Shown in pieces: positions 62,300 through 64,000 of a stretch of DNA of 64,000 bases. The DNA is from Octopus sinensis. Taxonomy: Eukaryota. The translations under genes and the position numbers were made by a program. Where the stretch lies: NCBI RefSeq assembly GCF_006345805.1, contig NC_043000.1, positions 114,762,001 through 114,826,000 of the forward strand. The letters run 5' to 3'. A model generated the notes under the pieces. That model made no database searches. It was not told the origin of the DNA and saw only the letters and a list, made by a program, of their open reading frames with translations. Numbering within the stretch: the first letter of the stretch is position 1; the number at the start of each line of letters is the position of its first letter.

Positions 62300-63030
62300 T
62301 CAGTTTGTCTTCATAACAAGTTCTGTCACTCTCACTCAATGAGCCCACCTTTGGCCTTGACAGCCTCCAGGCAACCTTGCATCCGGCCACAGGTCTTCAT
62401 CACTACTTCTTGTTTTAAGCTCCTGAAGACACTGGTAATCCTGGCCCACAGCTTTTCCTTCATGTTTCAGTTGGATTTGTTGGTTTCTCGTTCCCCTGTG
62501 CTCCACACAAAGAGGTTGAAAGGGTTGCTGTCAGGCAAGTTGGGAGGTCAAATATCAGGCACTGTGTAATTGAAGAAATTCTCCAACAGTTAGGCCTGGG
62601 TCTTCTGGCTTGTGTAGCAGGGTGTGGAGTCTTACTGCCACACATACAGACTCCCTGCAGCTATCCAATCAATTCAGGGCTCCACCACATCACTCAGAAC
62701 ATGGTTGTAGCCATTGGAGTTCAGCTTGAGACTCTCAAGGAATAAAGTGGGGTGACATGACATCACTTTCACTGCTGATGACACCTAAAACAAGACTCAC
62801 TGGAAATTTCATCTGTATGACTCTAGACACATCGTTGGGTGAGACAGTGAGTCACCTGTTGCTCTAGTTTATCTTCTGGTTTTAGCAGAAATTCTTCTCT
62901 TTGGAAAAGAACCACAGCATGTCTGGTACCAGCACATGCTTCAGCTTGTTGATCAGTTTGTTGGTGAACTTGAATCACTTTTCCTGCATCGCCTTATAAA
63001 GAAATTGTCCCTTCTTCATCTTGTATGAAA
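62300..63030 (-). mobile_element. Decayed DD37D (maT/Bmmar1-like) transposase
   Basis: Minus strand reads LWFFSKEKNFC...MKFPVSLVLGVISSESDVMSPHF...WQ*DSTPCYTSQKTQA*LLENF...PPNLPDSNPFNLFVW. Confidence 0.75.
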
Positions 63031-63732
63031 AGTAGCACGAGGATCCGGCAGGGGGTGGTGGTGATCCCTGCTGTACTCTTTCACCACAACTTTCTCTCAC
63101 TCTTTCTTATGTTGGCCTGCTCGCTTAGCCAGCAGAGTGGTATCATTTGAAGGCTAAAACAATGAAAAGCGCATTGTGACCAGTGATGTGTAGCAACATC
63201 TGATAGCCTGGTCGGTCACAGTGATATATATATATATATATACATACACACAGGGACACACAGAGAGAAAGGGAGTGAGAGATTGAGAAAATTATACTGG
63301 AGGTAGAGAAAAGAGAAAACATAGAGAGAGAAATATACAGATAGAAAGACAGAAAGTGAGAGAGACAATGAGTGGTATAGTATGTGTGTGCATGTGATGT
63401 TGTGTAATTAGTTATGTAGTGGTGCTCAGTAAACAAGTAAAGCATGCACGTCTATGGCGCATCAATATTACAGGTGTGTAATGAAGGTTGCCTTGGTAAC
63501 GGATACAGCTATGTTAAAAGATGATAGGGGTGTGTGTATGTATATGTGTGTGTGTGAGATAATCAATAGATTGTATTTATTTACTCATATGACTGAACGC
63601 TAAAGAAAAAGAAAAAATTTAGAAGAGAATACCTGACTGTCTACTTATGTCTATTGCTCTGTCTGTCTGTCTGTCTGTCTCCTCTCTCTTTCCCCTCACT
63701 GTGTGTGCATACATATATATATATATATATTA

Positions 63733-63786
<54 letters not shown>

Positions 63787-64000
63787 ATAGGTGCAGGAGT
63801 GGCTGTGTGGTAAGTAGCTTGCTTAACAGCCACATGGTTCTAGGTTCAATCCCACTGTGTGGCACCTTGGGCAAGTGTCTTCTACTATAGCTTTGGGCCA
63901 ACCAAAGCCTTGTGAGTTGATTTGGTAGATGGAAACTGAAAGAAGCTTGTATATATATATATATAGCAATAAGAAAATGGAGAAGATCAAAAGGTGTTAT

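Overview
Eukaryotic, AT-rich, microsatellite-saturated intronic or intergenic DNA. The SINE families and (TA)n/(CA)n/(AAT)n load point to a coleoid cephalopod, most likely Octopus; this is an inference from family recognition. I could not support any host protein-coding exon, rRNA, functional tRNA or CRISPR, and most ORFs in the track are translated microsatellites. The window is a nested transposon graveyard. It holds a Penelope-like element (RT C-terminus plus GIY-YIG), RTE LINE pieces (one with a PHD-like finger in the RT and an expanded 3' UTR array), CR1, Tx1 and R4/Dong-like LINE ends, and two decayed Ty3/Gypsy elements. It also holds hAT, mariner, DD37D/maT, piggyBac, MULE and Helitron derivatives and many tRNA-derived SINEs. 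The most striking signal is a set of unrelated short fold-back (inverted-repeat) inserts, several carrying minimal hammerhead ribozymes typical of Penelope-like pseudo-LTRs. These include a near-perfect 340-bp palindrome with an intact hammerhead on each strand (3827-4167) and a hammerhead whose core has the compensatory G3-C8 swap (GUGAACA instead of CUGANGA, 42063-42113, minus strand). All coordinates were counted by eye, so element boundaries are approximate unless TSDs or TIRs are quoted.
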